From positions 1-37,709 of the forward strand of contig JAADFO010000003.1 of the NCBI GenBank assembly GCA_013152815.1: 37,709 nt of DNA. The letters are read 5' to 3'. A program made the translations under genes and the position numbers. The notes beneath the pieces are model-generated. The model saw only the letters and a program-made list of their open reading frames with translations. It did not search any database and was not told the DNA's origin. Origin of the DNA: Nanobdellati archaeon (GTDB taxonomy: Archaea; Nanobdellota; Nanobdellia; Woesearchaeales; JAADFO01). This document shows positions 1 to 9,336 of this stretch, in pieces. Each line of letters opens with the position of its first letter. The first letter of the stretch is position 1.

Positions 1-4
1 GTGC

Positions 5-472
5 TCAGCTCAGGGGATGGTTCCAATAGCCATCGCCGATCCAATGGAGGTTCTTGCAGACCTTGCCGCCTATCATGGTCTGCATGGTTTTCCCATCATA
101 CAGGGCCTGAGCGACGCAGAGCGGCTTCCTGTTCTTCTCATCGACGACGGCCACGATCTGCCCTTCTCTGATGCCTTCGGAGATAGCGACAATCCCTGGT
201 CGCATCACGTCAGCACCCGATACCATGAACTTGACCGCTCCCATGTCGACGACCACTTCAGGAAGAAAAGGATTTTTCAGGAGAAGCTTCAGATGGGGGA
301 TGTACGTGCCATCGATGAGGAGGAACCGGATCGTCCCGTTTATCTCAAGCAGCATGTCATCGATGAGATTGAGGCTGTCCTTCTTTCCTATGAATTCCCT
401 GAGCCCGTAGGCTATCTCAAGCATGCTGTTGATGCTCTTCCGGTCCCGGTTGCTCAGTTGTCGGTTTCCCAT
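5..472 (-). CDS. PUA-domain RNA-binding protein (archaeal MCTS1/Tma20-like)
   Basis: VVVDMGAVKFMVSGADVMRPGI...KNLHWIGD motifs typical of the pre-PUA/PUA family; overlaps the 3' end of the DUF371 gene. Confidence 0.9.
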   Translation of the reverse strand: MGNRQLSNRDRKSINSMLEIAYGLREFIGKKDSLNLIDDMLLEINGTIRFLLIDGTYIPHLKLLLKNPFLPEVVVDMGAVKFMVSGADVMRPGIVAISEGIREGQIVAVVDEKNRKPLCVAQALYDGKTMQTMIGGKVCKNLHWIGDGYWNHPLS

Positions 473-858
473 GGGCCAAGAGTTATGGTTATGCGCGTCT
501 CGTTCTTGTTTATTCTTGCTCTCATCGTATCAGGGATGTCTTTCGCCGAAAGGTCTGCATGTTGACCAAGGGTCCGTCTGGAGGAAAATCCGCTCTTTCG
601 GATGACGAGTTCGTGGCTGTCAAGGAACCCGGGATTTGAAGTGAAATGGATGCTTACCTGTTCGCCTCCTGCTGAGATGGTCATCCTGCCCTTTGGATGA
701 GTTTGCACGAACTTCCTGAGTTTCATCAGGTCATAATCCGCCCTGACACCGATGATGCAATCACCGGCTGGCGTCACATCGGTTTCCTTGGTGAATTCCA
801 GGGTCCGCTCATGTAAGGCGGTGATATTCGGATGTCCCCACGCAGAGAATCGTATCAT
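454..858 (-). CDS. DUF371 family protein
   Basis: GHPNITALHERTLEFTKE...TPAGDCIIGV and ELVIRKS motifs; start moved to ATG at 858 (MIRFSAWGH), just downstream of a TATA palindrome. Confidence 0.88.
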   Translation of the reverse strand: MIRFSAWGHPNITALHERTLEFTKETDVTPAGDCIIGVRADYDLMKLRKFVQTHPKGRMTISAGGEQVSIHFTSNPGFLDSHELVIRKSGFSSRRTLGQHADLSAKDIPDTMRARINKNETRITITLGPWETDN

Positions 859-875
859 CAAAGATGACGAACGAA

Positions 876-891
876 AAGTATTTAAATACTT
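876..891. promoter_or_regulatory. Palindromic TATA element, probable bidirectional promoter
   Basis: Perfect 16-bp palindrome AAGTATTTAAATACTT between divergent starts at 858 and 929. Confidence 0.7.
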
Positions 892-928
892 AACTGCTAT
901 GGGCAATAAGAAAAAAGGGGTGCACAGC

Positions 929-1546
929 ATGAAAGATGATGACGAATATGAGTTGACTCCACATAAGGAACTCATAAAGCTTCGCCAAGAGCTTGAGAGG
1001 CTGAAGAAGGACAGCATCTCCGATACGTCCAGCGATGACCTTCTGGGCCATATAAAAGAGCTCAACCATTCTATCAAGTCTCTCACTATCCTCTTCAAGG
1101 ATGCTGCTCAGGACATCTCGCATTCTGATGAGAAGATCCACACGGTCCAGCAGAATTTCAATCCGATGATGGAGCGGCTGGACATGCTTGTTGAGCAGAA
1201 CAAGAAGATCGCTGCAGGGATCGTGAGTGTCGCAGAGCTCATCCGTGAGAAGATGAACGAGCCCCTGCATCCAGAACCTGCAGCCATGCCCTCCTCGCTC
1301 TACGGAAGCACCCCTTCCCTGGGCCCTCAGGGACTTCAGAGCCTTCCGAAGGAACCGGCAGCACCATCCTTCTCCTCTGCACCGCCGATGCCGCCGATGG
1401 GAGGATTGCAGCAAGCAGGCAACCTTACGCCTCCTCCCATGAGTTTTTCCTCATCCGCTGGTTCAGGTTCACCGCCTCTCCCCGATCCCTTCGCCGACAG
1501 CGAGTCAACTGACAGCAAGAAAGGATTGTTCTCGAAATTCCGATGA
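929..1546 (+). CDS. Hypothetical protein: coiled-coil N-terminus, Pro/Ser-rich linker, amphipathic C-terminal tail
   Basis: ATG at 929 preceded by GGGGTG; MKDDDEYELTPHKELIKLRQELERLKK helix; ends KKGLFSKFR. Confidence 0.75.
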   Translation: MKDDDEYELTPHKELIKLRQELERLKKDSISDTSSDDLLGHIKELNHSIKSLTILFKDAAQDISHSDEKIHTVQQNFNPMMERLDMLVEQNKKIAAGIVSVAELIREKMNEPLHPEPAAMPSSLYGSTPSLGPQGLQSLPKEPAAPSFSSAPPMPPMGGLQQAGNLTPPPMSFSSSAGSGSPPLPDPFADSESTDSKKGLFSKFR

Positions 1547-1809
1547 GCACAGACCCATTCGCCTGGAAAAGGTTCCTGCAGGTAACTGAACGCCTGATAG
1601 ATGCGGCCAGCAGGAAGGATGTGCAGCTGAGACAGGATCCCTCTGCGCTCCATGGACGGATACGCTATCTTGAAGACAGGATCAAGACCCTTGAGATCAT
1701 CACCAGGAAACACCCTGCCAAGAAGAATAAGACCAGCCTAAAAACCAGGAGGAAGAAAATACCTAAAAAGACCGACCTGCCGAAAAAGCACAAGACGACC
1801 AGAATATGA
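1543..1809 (+). CDS. Small basic hypothetical protein (helical N-terminus, Lys-rich tail)
   Basis: ATGA overlap with the upstream stop, suggesting translational coupling; 88 aa. Confidence 0.5.
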   Translation: MSTDPFAWKRFLQVTERLIDAASRKDVQLRQDPSALHGRIRYLEDRIKTLEIITRKHPAKKNKTSLKTRRKKIPKKTDLPKKHKTTRI

Positions 1810-1914
1810 GCAAGCCTCCCGATCATGAACAGGAAAGACAATCAAAGGAAGAGAAGACAGAAACGAAGAAAGGCATAGAACCCCGTTCACTAGGACATGC
1901 CCTTTCTCTTTCTG

Positions 1915-1944
1915 TATTGAGCTATTTTATATTGAGCTATTTTA
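1915..1944. repeat. 15-bp tandem duplication
   Basis: TATTGAGCTATTTTA x2. Confidence 0.9.
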
Positions 1945-1974
1945 TTAAGTGCGGGTATGAAACCCACGCGCGAG

Positions 1975-2145
1975 TCAGAGATCCCGTGCCATGACCGTCT
2001 TTCTGCTGTTGGCGTTTGCCCGTTCACATGCTTCCTTGATGAGGGCTTTTACCTTCTCATCGAGTTTTTCAGAAAAATCAGAGGCCACGCTGTAATCTCC
2101 AAACTCTTTGGTCAGTTCTTTCACTTTAGCCTTGACAATGACCAT
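1975..2145 (-). CDS. Short histone-fold protein, alpha3-truncated (face-to-face/Bd0055-like) type
   Basis: 56 aa MVIVKAKVKE...RANANSRKTVMARDL, with the RKTV..RD loop motif and no full alpha3; SD GAGGTG at 2156-2151. Confidence 0.88.
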   Translation of the reverse strand: MVIVKAKVKELTKEFGDYSVASDFSEKLDEKVKALIKEACERANANSRKTVMARDL

Positions 2146-2433
2146 CTTTTCACCTCTGTCGCATTCTTGTGGACCGGTACGCACTGCCTGCGGAAGGATG
2201 CGGCGTGCAATCGCATATTGTATGATATTGTATGCATTGCATGAATACCGGCCCTGCCTGATGTCCTGATGTCGATCTTCTTAAAGTTTATCTGAAAGTC
2301 TTTTTTAAGTCTTTCGGAAAACATGACCACCACAAAGTTTATATATCATTTCCCTGACTAAGAATAGCGACACCATGTCTGGATGACATGATAGTTAAAT
2401 CTTCAAACGAAAGCGTATAAGAGGTGGGTGGTG

Positions 2434-3855
2434 ATGGATATGCAAGGTAGCAATAGGCATTTCGTGTTTATCGTTTTGTTTTCTCTCGGCATCATGAGCA
2501 TTATCGCGTTGGCCGGCTGTCAGCCTGTGAGCGTCGGAACTCCCGAATGCCCGCCTGGGCAGGTCTGCATACCTGCTGACCAGGCCAAGGATATGGGGAT
2601 CGTCGGCGGCAATGCGAATCAGACGGCCCCTGTTGATTCAGGGGTCACCAAGGTGGACATGGATGTCCTGCTGAACAATGGTTCTGCCGGAGGGGATCTG
2701 GAGAATACAACAGAGCAGGGTGCTCTGGAGACCTCGCCCGTCGAGGAGACTTCTGAGGAGAACAAGACAGGAGAGACGCAGCCGGGAGAACAGCCTCAAG
2801 AGATGCTCCCTGCTGAAGAGACCGGTCAGGAACAGGCTCCTGCTCCTGCAGGACCTCCCTCTGCAGAGGTTCCTGTAAAGACCTATGACGAGGGCGACCT
2901 GGTCAGTTTTCCTAACCTGAAGGCGACCGACCCGGATGGCGACAAGGTCACGTTCACCTTCAGCCCTCCTCTTGATGCGCAGGGGACCTGGCAGACCAAG
3001 CGTGGCGATGCCGGAAAATATCGCGTCACCATAACCGCATCCGACGGAGTCAACGAGGTGAGCAAAGATGTGGATCTGGTCATCCTTCCGGTGAACGCTC
3101 CGCCCATTCTTGAAGGTGTCGAAGATGTCATCGTCGATGAAGGTCAGACCGTGAGCTTCAACCCCGTCGTGACCGACCCTGACGAAGATGATATCACCAT
3201 AACCTACAGCGGTTGGATGACCTCCTCAGAGAAGAAGACAGGCTATGGTGATGCAGGCACCTATGATGTCACCGTCACAGCCAGTGATGGTATCCATGAC
3301 GTCTCCAAGACCGTCACCGTCACCGTGATGGATGTCAATCGGGCGCCCACCATAGATGCGGTGGACTATATGCCCGTCGTGACAGAGGGAGATACGGTCT
3401 CTCTGGTGGTGAACGCCTCCGACCTTGACGGCGATGCGCTCGAGACCACCTTTGCACCACCCCTCGATAAGGATGGCAGATGGGTCACGCAGGTCGGAGA
3501 TGCAGGCGACTATGAACTGACCATCACGGTCTCCGACGGCAAGGTGTCGGTCATCAAGAAGGTGCCTCTGACGGTAAAAGCCTACAACAACCCGCCGGTC
3601 ATCTCAGGTCTTGAGGACATGACCGTGAAGGAAGGCGATACCATCGTGCTCCAGCCCACGGTCAGCGATGCCGATGGCGATCAGGTCAGCATATCCTATT
3701 CCGGATGGATGACCTCGTCGACCTACACCACGACCTATGATGATGCCGGAACCCATAGCGTCACGGTGACTGCCGATGACGGAAAGGCGAGTGTGTCCAA
3801 GACCATCACCATCACGGTCGAGGATGTGAACAGGCCGCCGGTCTTCGAGATCTGA
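2434..3855 (+). CDS. Surface lipoprotein with four cadherin-like/Ig-like repeats
   Basis: Hydrophobic N-terminus with LAGC lipobox, acidic Pro/Glu linker, four ~80 aa repeats with EG...DxDGD...G.Y.VTVTASDG...NxxP; SD GAGGTG at 2421-2426; start could be 2428-2440. Confidence 0.85.
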   Translation: MDMQGSNRHFVFIVLFSLGIMSIIALAGCQPVSVGTPECPPGQVCIPADQAKDMGIVGGNANQTAPVDSGVTKVDMDVLLNNGSAGGDLENTTEQGALETSPVEETSEENKTGETQPGEQPQEMLPAEETGQEQAPAPAGPPSAEVPVKTYDEGDLVSFPNLKATDPDGDKVTFTFSPPLDAQGTWQTKRGDAGKYRVTITASDGVNEVSKDVDLVILPVNAPPILEGVEDVIVDEGQTVSFNPVVTDPDEDDITITYSGWMTSSEKKTGYGDAGTYDVTVTASDGIHDVSKTVTVTVMDVNRAPTIDAVDYMPVVTEGDTVSLVVNASDLDGDALETTFAPPLDKDGRWVTQVGDAGDYELTITVSDGKVSVIKKVPLTVKAYNNPPVISGLEDMTVKEGDTIVLQPTVSDADGDQVSISYSGWMTSSTYTTTYDDAGTHSVTVTADDGKASVSKTITITVEDVNRPPVFEI

Positions 3856-3870
3856 GCGGGACAGCCGTCC

Positions 3871-3910
3871 TTTCTTTTTTTTCTTTTTTTCTTTTGCCCT
3901 GCTTTTTTCT
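3871..3910 (+). terminator. Oligo-T terminator-like tract
   Basis: Several T runs immediately after the lipoprotein stop codon. Confidence 0.55.
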
Positions 3911-3991
3911 TACAAGAATGATTCACTTCTTTTTGATAGTGAATATAAAAACCTTTTTAAATGACATCCTATTCCCCCTTCATGAAAACCC

Positions 3992-4309
3992 ATGGAAAGA
4001 ACCATAACGATGATAGCGCTGCTGATTGTGCTGGCACTTTTTGGACTCTATCTCCTTGAAGCGGTGGACCTGGTCACCACAAGTGTCGTGGTGGCGCTCC
4101 CGGCGTCCATTGAGCATGCGACATCGACGGGCAAGACAGCCGTGACAGGTGCGGAAGGAATGCAGAACGCTGCTGCGGACGACGGATATATGGATGCCGA
4201 CCGGCTGACCATCTATGTAGAAGAGAAGAATCCGGACACATGGATGGTGCGAAAGACGCCTGGACACAAGCAGGAACTCAGACGCCAGGGAATGCCTCTG
4301 CTCTGCTGA
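3992..4309 (+). CDS. Small hypothetical protein with N-terminal membrane anchor
   Basis: Hydrophobic IALLIVLALFGLYLL segment; TATA-like TTTTTAAA about 30 bp upstream. Confidence 0.55.
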   Translation: MERTITMIALLIVLALFGLYLLEAVDLVTTSVVVALPASIEHATSTGKTAVTGAEGMQNAAADDGYMDADRLTIYVEEKNPDTWMVRKTPGHKQELRRQGMPLLC

Positions 4310-4371
4310 GAGGCCACCTGAGCCACCTATCCAAGGACACCACCTTTCAGAGCATTCAATGGACATTCCAT

Positions 4372-5658
4372 TCAACTGAAGAAGTCCTTCAATCCACGTT
4401 GCGTTGCTGCAGCTGTCGGTGGCTGATGCCTGCCTGCCTCCCGGGACGCCGATTTCTGGTCTGCTGATATCTTCGCTTGTCCATAGGCGCCGTCATAACC
4501 GGGCGTGACGTCGATCTTTCCCTGCCTGTTCCTGAGGATGAGTGCTGTCAGTGCCGGTGAGAAGACCTTTTCCAGCTCTTCAGGCGGTTTCTCCAGGAGG
4601 ATGCAAAATTCGGTCTTGAATTGTGTGATGGCCTGGTCATAGATCTTCCAGACATGCTTGGTGTTGAGACCTTTGCCGGTCGCGAGAGCGATGAGCTCTG
4701 AAAGGGGAAGGAGCGAATGGAAGGGCACGGCCTGCTGTGGAACAAAGCCGGGCTCTCGGTCGGCAAGCTCATTGACCCGATGGAGGACCCCAAGTGTGAG
4801 CGGCCGTTTGCAGACAGGGCAGATATTCTTGAGTTCCATGGCCTTTTCTGGACTGAGAGAGATGTTGCAGTTCCGATGGCCGTCATAATGGTATTTTCCG
4901 TAGCTGGGATTCACTTCGATGGTCCCGGTCATCCCTTCCCTGGTCTTCAGTGCCTTTTGTAGGGCATCATAGGTGAACGACCTGAGGTCGAAAAGGTTGG
5001 CCTCTCTGCCTATCCTCCAGGGCCAGAACGAATGGGAATCTGAATTGGAGACAAGGGTGAACCTGTCCAGGGCAGAGAGCCGCCAGTTCATGGGAGGATC
5101 CGATGAGAGACCGGTCTCGAGCGCATGGATATGTCGGGTCTGGTCTTTGAAGCAATCCTCTATGGCATCAAAGCCTGACTGGGATCCGAAAAGGCCGAAC
5201 CAGGGAGTCCAGATATGGGCGGGTATCACCTCGATCCGCTTGTTGATGGATTTCATCTCTGCGACAAAGTCTGCCGAGCTGAGGTTGAAGATGGGCCGGC
5301 CATCATAGTCAAGCCGCCCATGCCTGAGCATCTGTTCATTTATCTGGTCGACCGTAGCGAAGTCAGGGGCCCAGACCACAAGGTGTATCCGACGTCCTTT
5401 TCCGAGATCAGTATAGACAAAAGAGAGTTCGGTCGTCAGAAGGAACGGAAAATCGGTCTTGCTGCGGAGGATGCCGCTGCCGTCCTCGTTCAGACTCCTC
5501 TTCAGTTCCTGGATCCAGACAGGATGGGTGAAATCGCCTGTGCCTATCAGGTCCAGACCCTTGACTTTTCCCCATTTCTCGAGATTGAGAAGGTCGAGGT
5601 TCTTGGAGGTGGCCCTGCTATATTTGGAATGCAGATGAAGGTCGGCATATATTCTCAT
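4372..5658 (-). CDS. PHP-domain endonuclease Q family protein
   Basis: ADLHLHSKYSRATS, GTGDFTHP, PAHIWTPW, SNSDSHS, GKYH and CPVC zinc knuckle, PGYDG.YG. Confidence 0.88.
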   Translation of the reverse strand: MRIYADLHLHSKYSRATSKNLDLLNLEKWGKVKGLDLIGTGDFTHPVWIQELKRSLNEDGSGILRSKTDFPFLLTTELSFVYTDLGKGRRIHLVVWAPDFATVDQINEQMLRHGRLDYDGRPIFNLSSADFVAEMKSINKRIEVIPAHIWTPWFGLFGSQSGFDAIEDCFKDQTRHIHALETGLSSDPPMNWRLSALDRFTLVSNSDSHSFWPWRIGREANLFDLRSFTYDALQKALKTREGMTGTIEVNPSYGKYHYDGHRNCNISLSPEKAMELKNICPVCKRPLTLGVLHRVNELADREPGFVPQQAVPFHSLLPLSELIALATGKGLNTKHVWKIYDQAITQFKTEFCILLEKPPEELEKVFSPALTALILRNRQGKIDVTPGYDGAYGQAKISADQKSASREAGRHQPPTAAATQRGLKDFFS

Positions 5659-5671
5659 GCTGGGTGGGTGG

Positions 5672-5696
5672 GGAAAACATTATAAAAACGTTTTCC
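5672..5696. promoter_or_regulatory. Compact divergent promoter with inverted repeat
   Basis: GGAAAAC-ATTATAAAAAC-GTTTTCC centred between ATGs at 5658 (-) and 5713 (+). Confidence 0.65.
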
Positions 5697-5712
5697 TCTT
5701 CAGGGCTTGAAG

Positions 5713-6519
5713 ATGGCGAAGAAGACCAGGAAAGAGGAACATCAGCGCAGGGGAACGGACAGGGCTTCGTCCTTGAAGGAAGAGAAAGGAAGGACAGTGA
5801 AGATGGTCATCTTCGATCTTGATGATACGCTGTTCCCCTCTTCTCAGCTCAGCAAGAACGCCAGGATACATGCCTGTGAGGCCATGATTCGAGAAGGCCT
5901 TCCTGCAAGATCACCTCTTGAGGCCCAGACGAAACTGAAGCGCATCGTGCAGGAACACGGCTCAAACTATCAGGATCATTTCGGCAAGCTCTGTGAGAGC
6001 TACCATATCAGGCCGACGCCCAAGATCATCGCAGCAGGGATCGTCGCGTATCACAAGATAAAGGTCGCCCGTATCGACCTTTTCCCCAAGGTACAGGACA
6101 CCCTGCTTTCCCTCATCAAAGAAGGCTATCGTCTGGTCCTGATAACTGAAGGGAACCCCATAAAGCAATGGGAGAAGATCATACGGCTCAACATCCGTCC
6201 CTATTTCCAGACCATCAGGGCTGTTGACTCTCAGAGACCTGACCTCAAGCGAAAGGCTTTTGAGGACCTCTGGATCATGCTCCGGAAGGAATCGGCCGGA
6301 GCGGCCGGAGGCATCAGCCCAAAACAGATTGTCGTGGTAGGAGATCGGTTGGACCGGGAGATCTCCTACGGAAACAGGCTGGGGTTCATCACCGTCCGTG
6401 TATTGCAGGGTCGACGAAGAGCCAGATCTTCCATCAGCAAAAGAGAGGTCCCCACCTATACCCTGAAGGAGATAGCAGACCTTCCGGGGCTGCTTCATCG
6501 CATCGATCCCAAGAGATGA
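5713..6519 (+). CDS. HAD-superfamily hydrolase (archaeal TIGR02253-like)
   Basis: FDLDDTL motif I, LITEG.P.KQWEKI.RL, VVGDRLDRE motif; start may be further downstream. Confidence 0.88.
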   Translation: MAKKTRKEEHQRRGTDRASSLKEEKGRTVKMVIFDLDDTLFPSSQLSKNARIHACEAMIREGLPARSPLEAQTKLKRIVQEHGSNYQDHFGKLCESYHIRPTPKIIAAGIVAYHKIKVARIDLFPKVQDTLLSLIKEGYRLVLITEGNPIKQWEKIIRLNIRPYFQTIRAVDSQRPDLKRKAFEDLWIMLRKESAGAAGGISPKQIVVVGDRLDREISYGNRLGFITVRVLQGRRRARSSISKREVPTYTLKEIADLPGLLHRIDPKR

Positions 6520-6629
6520 TGAACCTCCAGGCGGAGGCGAAACAGACAAGAAAATGAAAAGGGGAAAGAAAGGGAAAGACCTGAAAAGGGGAAAAAAGAT
6601 ATGAGCTGAATTGTCTCTTTAGTCTCTCT

Positions 6630-8273
6630 CTACATGCCCATACCCTGCATTCCGCCCATCCCTCCCATGTCCGGAGGCATGGGATTCTTGCCTCCTCCTG
6701 AAGAGGCGATGACATCATCGATACGAAGTATCATGACCGCGACCTCGGAAGCCGAGCTGATGGCCTGTGTCTTGATGGCGAGAGGCTCGATGACCCCTTT
6801 TGCCCATGCGTCCATGGCCTTGCCGCTGAAGACATCCACGCCGATCCATTTGTTCTTCTTGTCGTGGGCAGCCTTGAGTGTCGTGAGGATATCGATGGGA
6901 TCCAGGCCCGCATTCTCGGCGAGGGTCACCGGGATGATCTCCAGGGATTCGGCAAAGAGCTGTACAGCAAGCTGCTCCCTTCCGGATAATGAGTTGGCGA
7001 ACTTCCGGAGACCCCGTGCCACCTCCATCTCGATAGAACCCGCACCGGCGACGACCTTCCCGGTCTTGAGGGCGGATGCGATGTCGCCGAGGGCATCATC
7101 CATGGCCCGCTTCACCTCATCGACCACATGCTCGGTCCCTCCTCTGATGAGCAGGGTGACCGCCTTCGGATTCTTGCAATCCTCGACATAGATCATGTTC
7201 TCGTCTCCGACCTTCCTTTCCTCGACCCTTCCGGCGAAGCCGAGATCATTCTTGGTGATATCATCAAGGTTGGTGATTATCCGGGCGCCGGTCGCCTTGG
7301 AGAGTTTTTCGATATCGCTCTTCTTGACTCGTCGTGCGGCGAAGATGTTCTTCTTCGCCATGAAATGCTGGGCGATGTCATCGATTCCTTTCTGGCAGAA
7401 GATGACCGTGGCACCGGCGTTTGCGATGCTGTCGACCATGCGGCGGAGCATCTGTTCCTCCTGTTCAAGGAATGCCTGGAGTTGATTAGGGTCGGTTATC
7501 TGGATCTTGGCGTCCACTTCAGGGTTCTTGATCTCGAAAGCAGAATCGACGAGGGCGATCTTCGCCTTCTCTATCTTCCGGGGCATGCCCGGGTGGACCT
7601 TCTCCTTGTCGACAAGGATGCCCTTCACCAGGACAGACTCATCGACCGATGCGCCCACTTTCTTCTCTACCTTGATGTCGTCGATGTCGATGTGTATCCT
7701 GTCTTCATACCGCTGGGTGACTGCGCGGATGGCCTCGACAGCAAGCTGTGCAAGATTTCCCTTTGCTGATTCGGCGCCCTTTCCTGTCATGGCGGTCATG
7801 GCGAGCTTGTTGAGGATCTTGGTGTCTGATTCAGAGACAGGCTCCCCTATCTGCTGGAGGATCTCCTGGGCCTTGTTCTCGGCCATCCTGAATCCTTTGG
7901 CGATGACCGTCGGGTGTATCTGCTTGTCGAGAAGTGTCTCTGCCTTCTTGAGAAGCTCGCCTGCGATGACGACGGCCGTCGTGGTGCCGTCACCGACTTC
8001 ATTCTCCTGGGTCTTTGCCACTTCGACTATCATCTTTGCCGCAGGATGCTCGATGGCCATCTCTTTGAGGATGGTGACACCATCATTGGTGACCACGACG
8101 TCCCCCAGCGAGTCGACGAGCATCTTGTCCATGCCCTTCGGGCCAAGCGTCGTCCTCACGGTCTCAGCCACCAGCTTGGCAGCAGCGATGTTGTTCTTTT
8201 GTGCATTCCTACCTGTGGTCCTTTGCGTACCTTCTGGCAGGATGAAAATCGGTTGTACTTGTTGGTTTGTCAT
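6630..8273 (-). CDS. ths: Thermosome subunit (group II chaperonin)
   Basis: [28 protein letters not shown] and GGMGGM tail. Confidence 0.98.
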   Translation of the reverse strand: MTNQQVQPIFILPEGTQRTTGRNAQKNNIAAAKLVAETVRTTLGPKGMDKMLVDSLGDVVVTNDGVTILKEMAIEHPAAKMIVEVAKTQENEVGDGTTTAVVIAGELLKKAETLLDKQIHPTVIAKGFRMAENKAQEILQQIGEPVSESDTKILNKLAMTAMTGKGAESAKGNLAQLAVEAIRAVTQRYEDRIHIDIDDIKVEKKVGASVDESVLVKGILVDKEKVHPGMPRKIEKAKIALVDSAFEIKNPEVDAKIQITDPNQLQAFLEQEEQMLRRMVDSIANAGATVIFCQKGIDDIAQHFMAKKNIFAARRVKKSDIEKLSKATGARIITNLDDITKNDLGFAGRVEERKVGDENMIYVEDCKNPKAVTLLIRGGTEHVVDEVKRAMDDALGDIASALKTGKVVAGAGSIEMEVARGLRKFANSLSGREQLAVQLFAESLEIIPVTLAENAGLDPIDILTTLKAAHDKKNKWIGVDVFSGKAMDAWAKGVIEPLAIKTQAISSASEVAVMILRIDDVIASSGGGKNPMPPDMGGMGGMQGMGM

Positions 8274-8486
8274 GGTTCCACCTCAAGGAGTGTTATCCTG
8301 TATGTTGTGCCAAAGAGCTGTCTCCCCCTTATCTTTTCGACATGCCTTTTGTTTGCCATGCCATTTGTCTGGTCATCCCAGACAGACAGCATACAGATAA
8401 CATACAGACATCACACGAAATAAGATTCATTTATAAAGATTATGCAAGAATAGAAGATATGGATTCCTGCCCTATTTTGAGAAAGG

Positions 8487-8494
8487 TTTATAAA
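8487..8494 (+). promoter_or_regulatory. BRE/TATA promoter for the pro cluster
   Basis: GAAAGG-TTTATAAA about 24-30 bp upstream of the proC ATGs at 8518/8524. Confidence 0.65.
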
Positions 8495-8517
8495 TGCTCT
8501 TCGGACACGTTTTGATG

Positions 8518-9336
8518 ATGACCATGCCACGGACAAGACGCAGTATCGGGTTCATAGGTGCCGGGAAGATGGCGACAGCCCTCATCGCAGGAATTCTGTC
8601 CAGCGGATTATGGAAGCCTCAGGACATCCTGGCAAGCGACAGGCACCCGGCGAGCCGTGCAAAAGTCAGGAAGGCGTTCGGCATCAGGACAGTGAAGGAC
8701 AATAGGACGCTGTCTCAGAAGGCCTCGATCATCTTCCTTTCGGTGAAGCCTCAGGATATCGATGCGGTTCTTTCTGATATCAAAGACCTGGCAGAAGGTA
8801 AACTTGTCATCTCGATAGCAGCAGGCATATCTCTGGGAAGACTTGAGAATGCGATGGATGCAAGATTCATAAGGGTCATGCCCAACACACCCTGCCTGGT
8901 CGGTGAGATGGCCTCTGCGTTCTCTCTCGGAAAGAACGTGACCGTAAAGGATGAGCGTCTCGTCAGGAGCATCCTTGGGTCCAATGGACTTTCCATCAAG
9001 GTCAAGGAAGCGAGGATGGATGCCGTGACAGCGCTCTCTGGTTCAGGCCCTGCGTTCTTCGCCTATTTCATCGAGCGGATGGTCCGCTCATCCATGAAGG
9101 TTGGTCTCGGGAAGGACGATGCCTATGCCCTGGCCATCCAGACCTGTCTGGGGACAGGCAAGCTCCTCAGAGACAGGAAACTATTGCCTTCAGAGCTCAT
9201 AGCGATGGTCAAGAGCAAGGGTGGCACGACGGAAGCAGGATTGGACAGCCTGAAAAGGACTGCATTCAATGCCAACGTCGAGCAGATGATCGCTGCAGCA
9301 TACCGGCGCTCAAAGGAGTTGGGGAAGCATGGCTGA
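8518..9336 (+). CDS. proC: Pyrroline-5-carboxylate reductase
   Basis: IGFIGAGKMA, SVKPQ, SIAAGI, RVMPNTP, TALSGSGPA, KGGTT; exact start among ATGs at 8515, 8518 and 8524 uncertain. Confidence 0.96.
   Translation: MTMPRTRRSIGFIGAGKMATALIAGILSSGLWKPQDILASDRHPASRAKVRKAFGIRTVKDNRTLSQKASIIFLSVKPQDIDAVLSDIKDLAEGKLVISIAAGISLGRLENAMDARFIRVMPNTPCLVGEMASAFSLGKNVTVKDERLVRSILGSNGLSIKVKEARMDAVTALSGSGPAFFAYFIERMVRSSMKVGLGKDDAYALAIQTCLGTGKLLRDRKLLPSELIAMVKSKGGTTEAGLDSLKRTAFNANVEQMIAAAYRRSKELGKHG

Noticed and set aside
1806..1994. 62-aa ORF with ATGA overlap
   Set aside because: Runs through a tandem duplication and into the histone gene on the opposite strand; no recognisable features
7507..8400. Long antisense and alternate-frame ORFs (also 24693-25751, 19484-20317, 33100-33888 and others)
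   Set aside because: Shadow ORFs of well-supported genes, expected from the codon bias of GC-rich coding sequence
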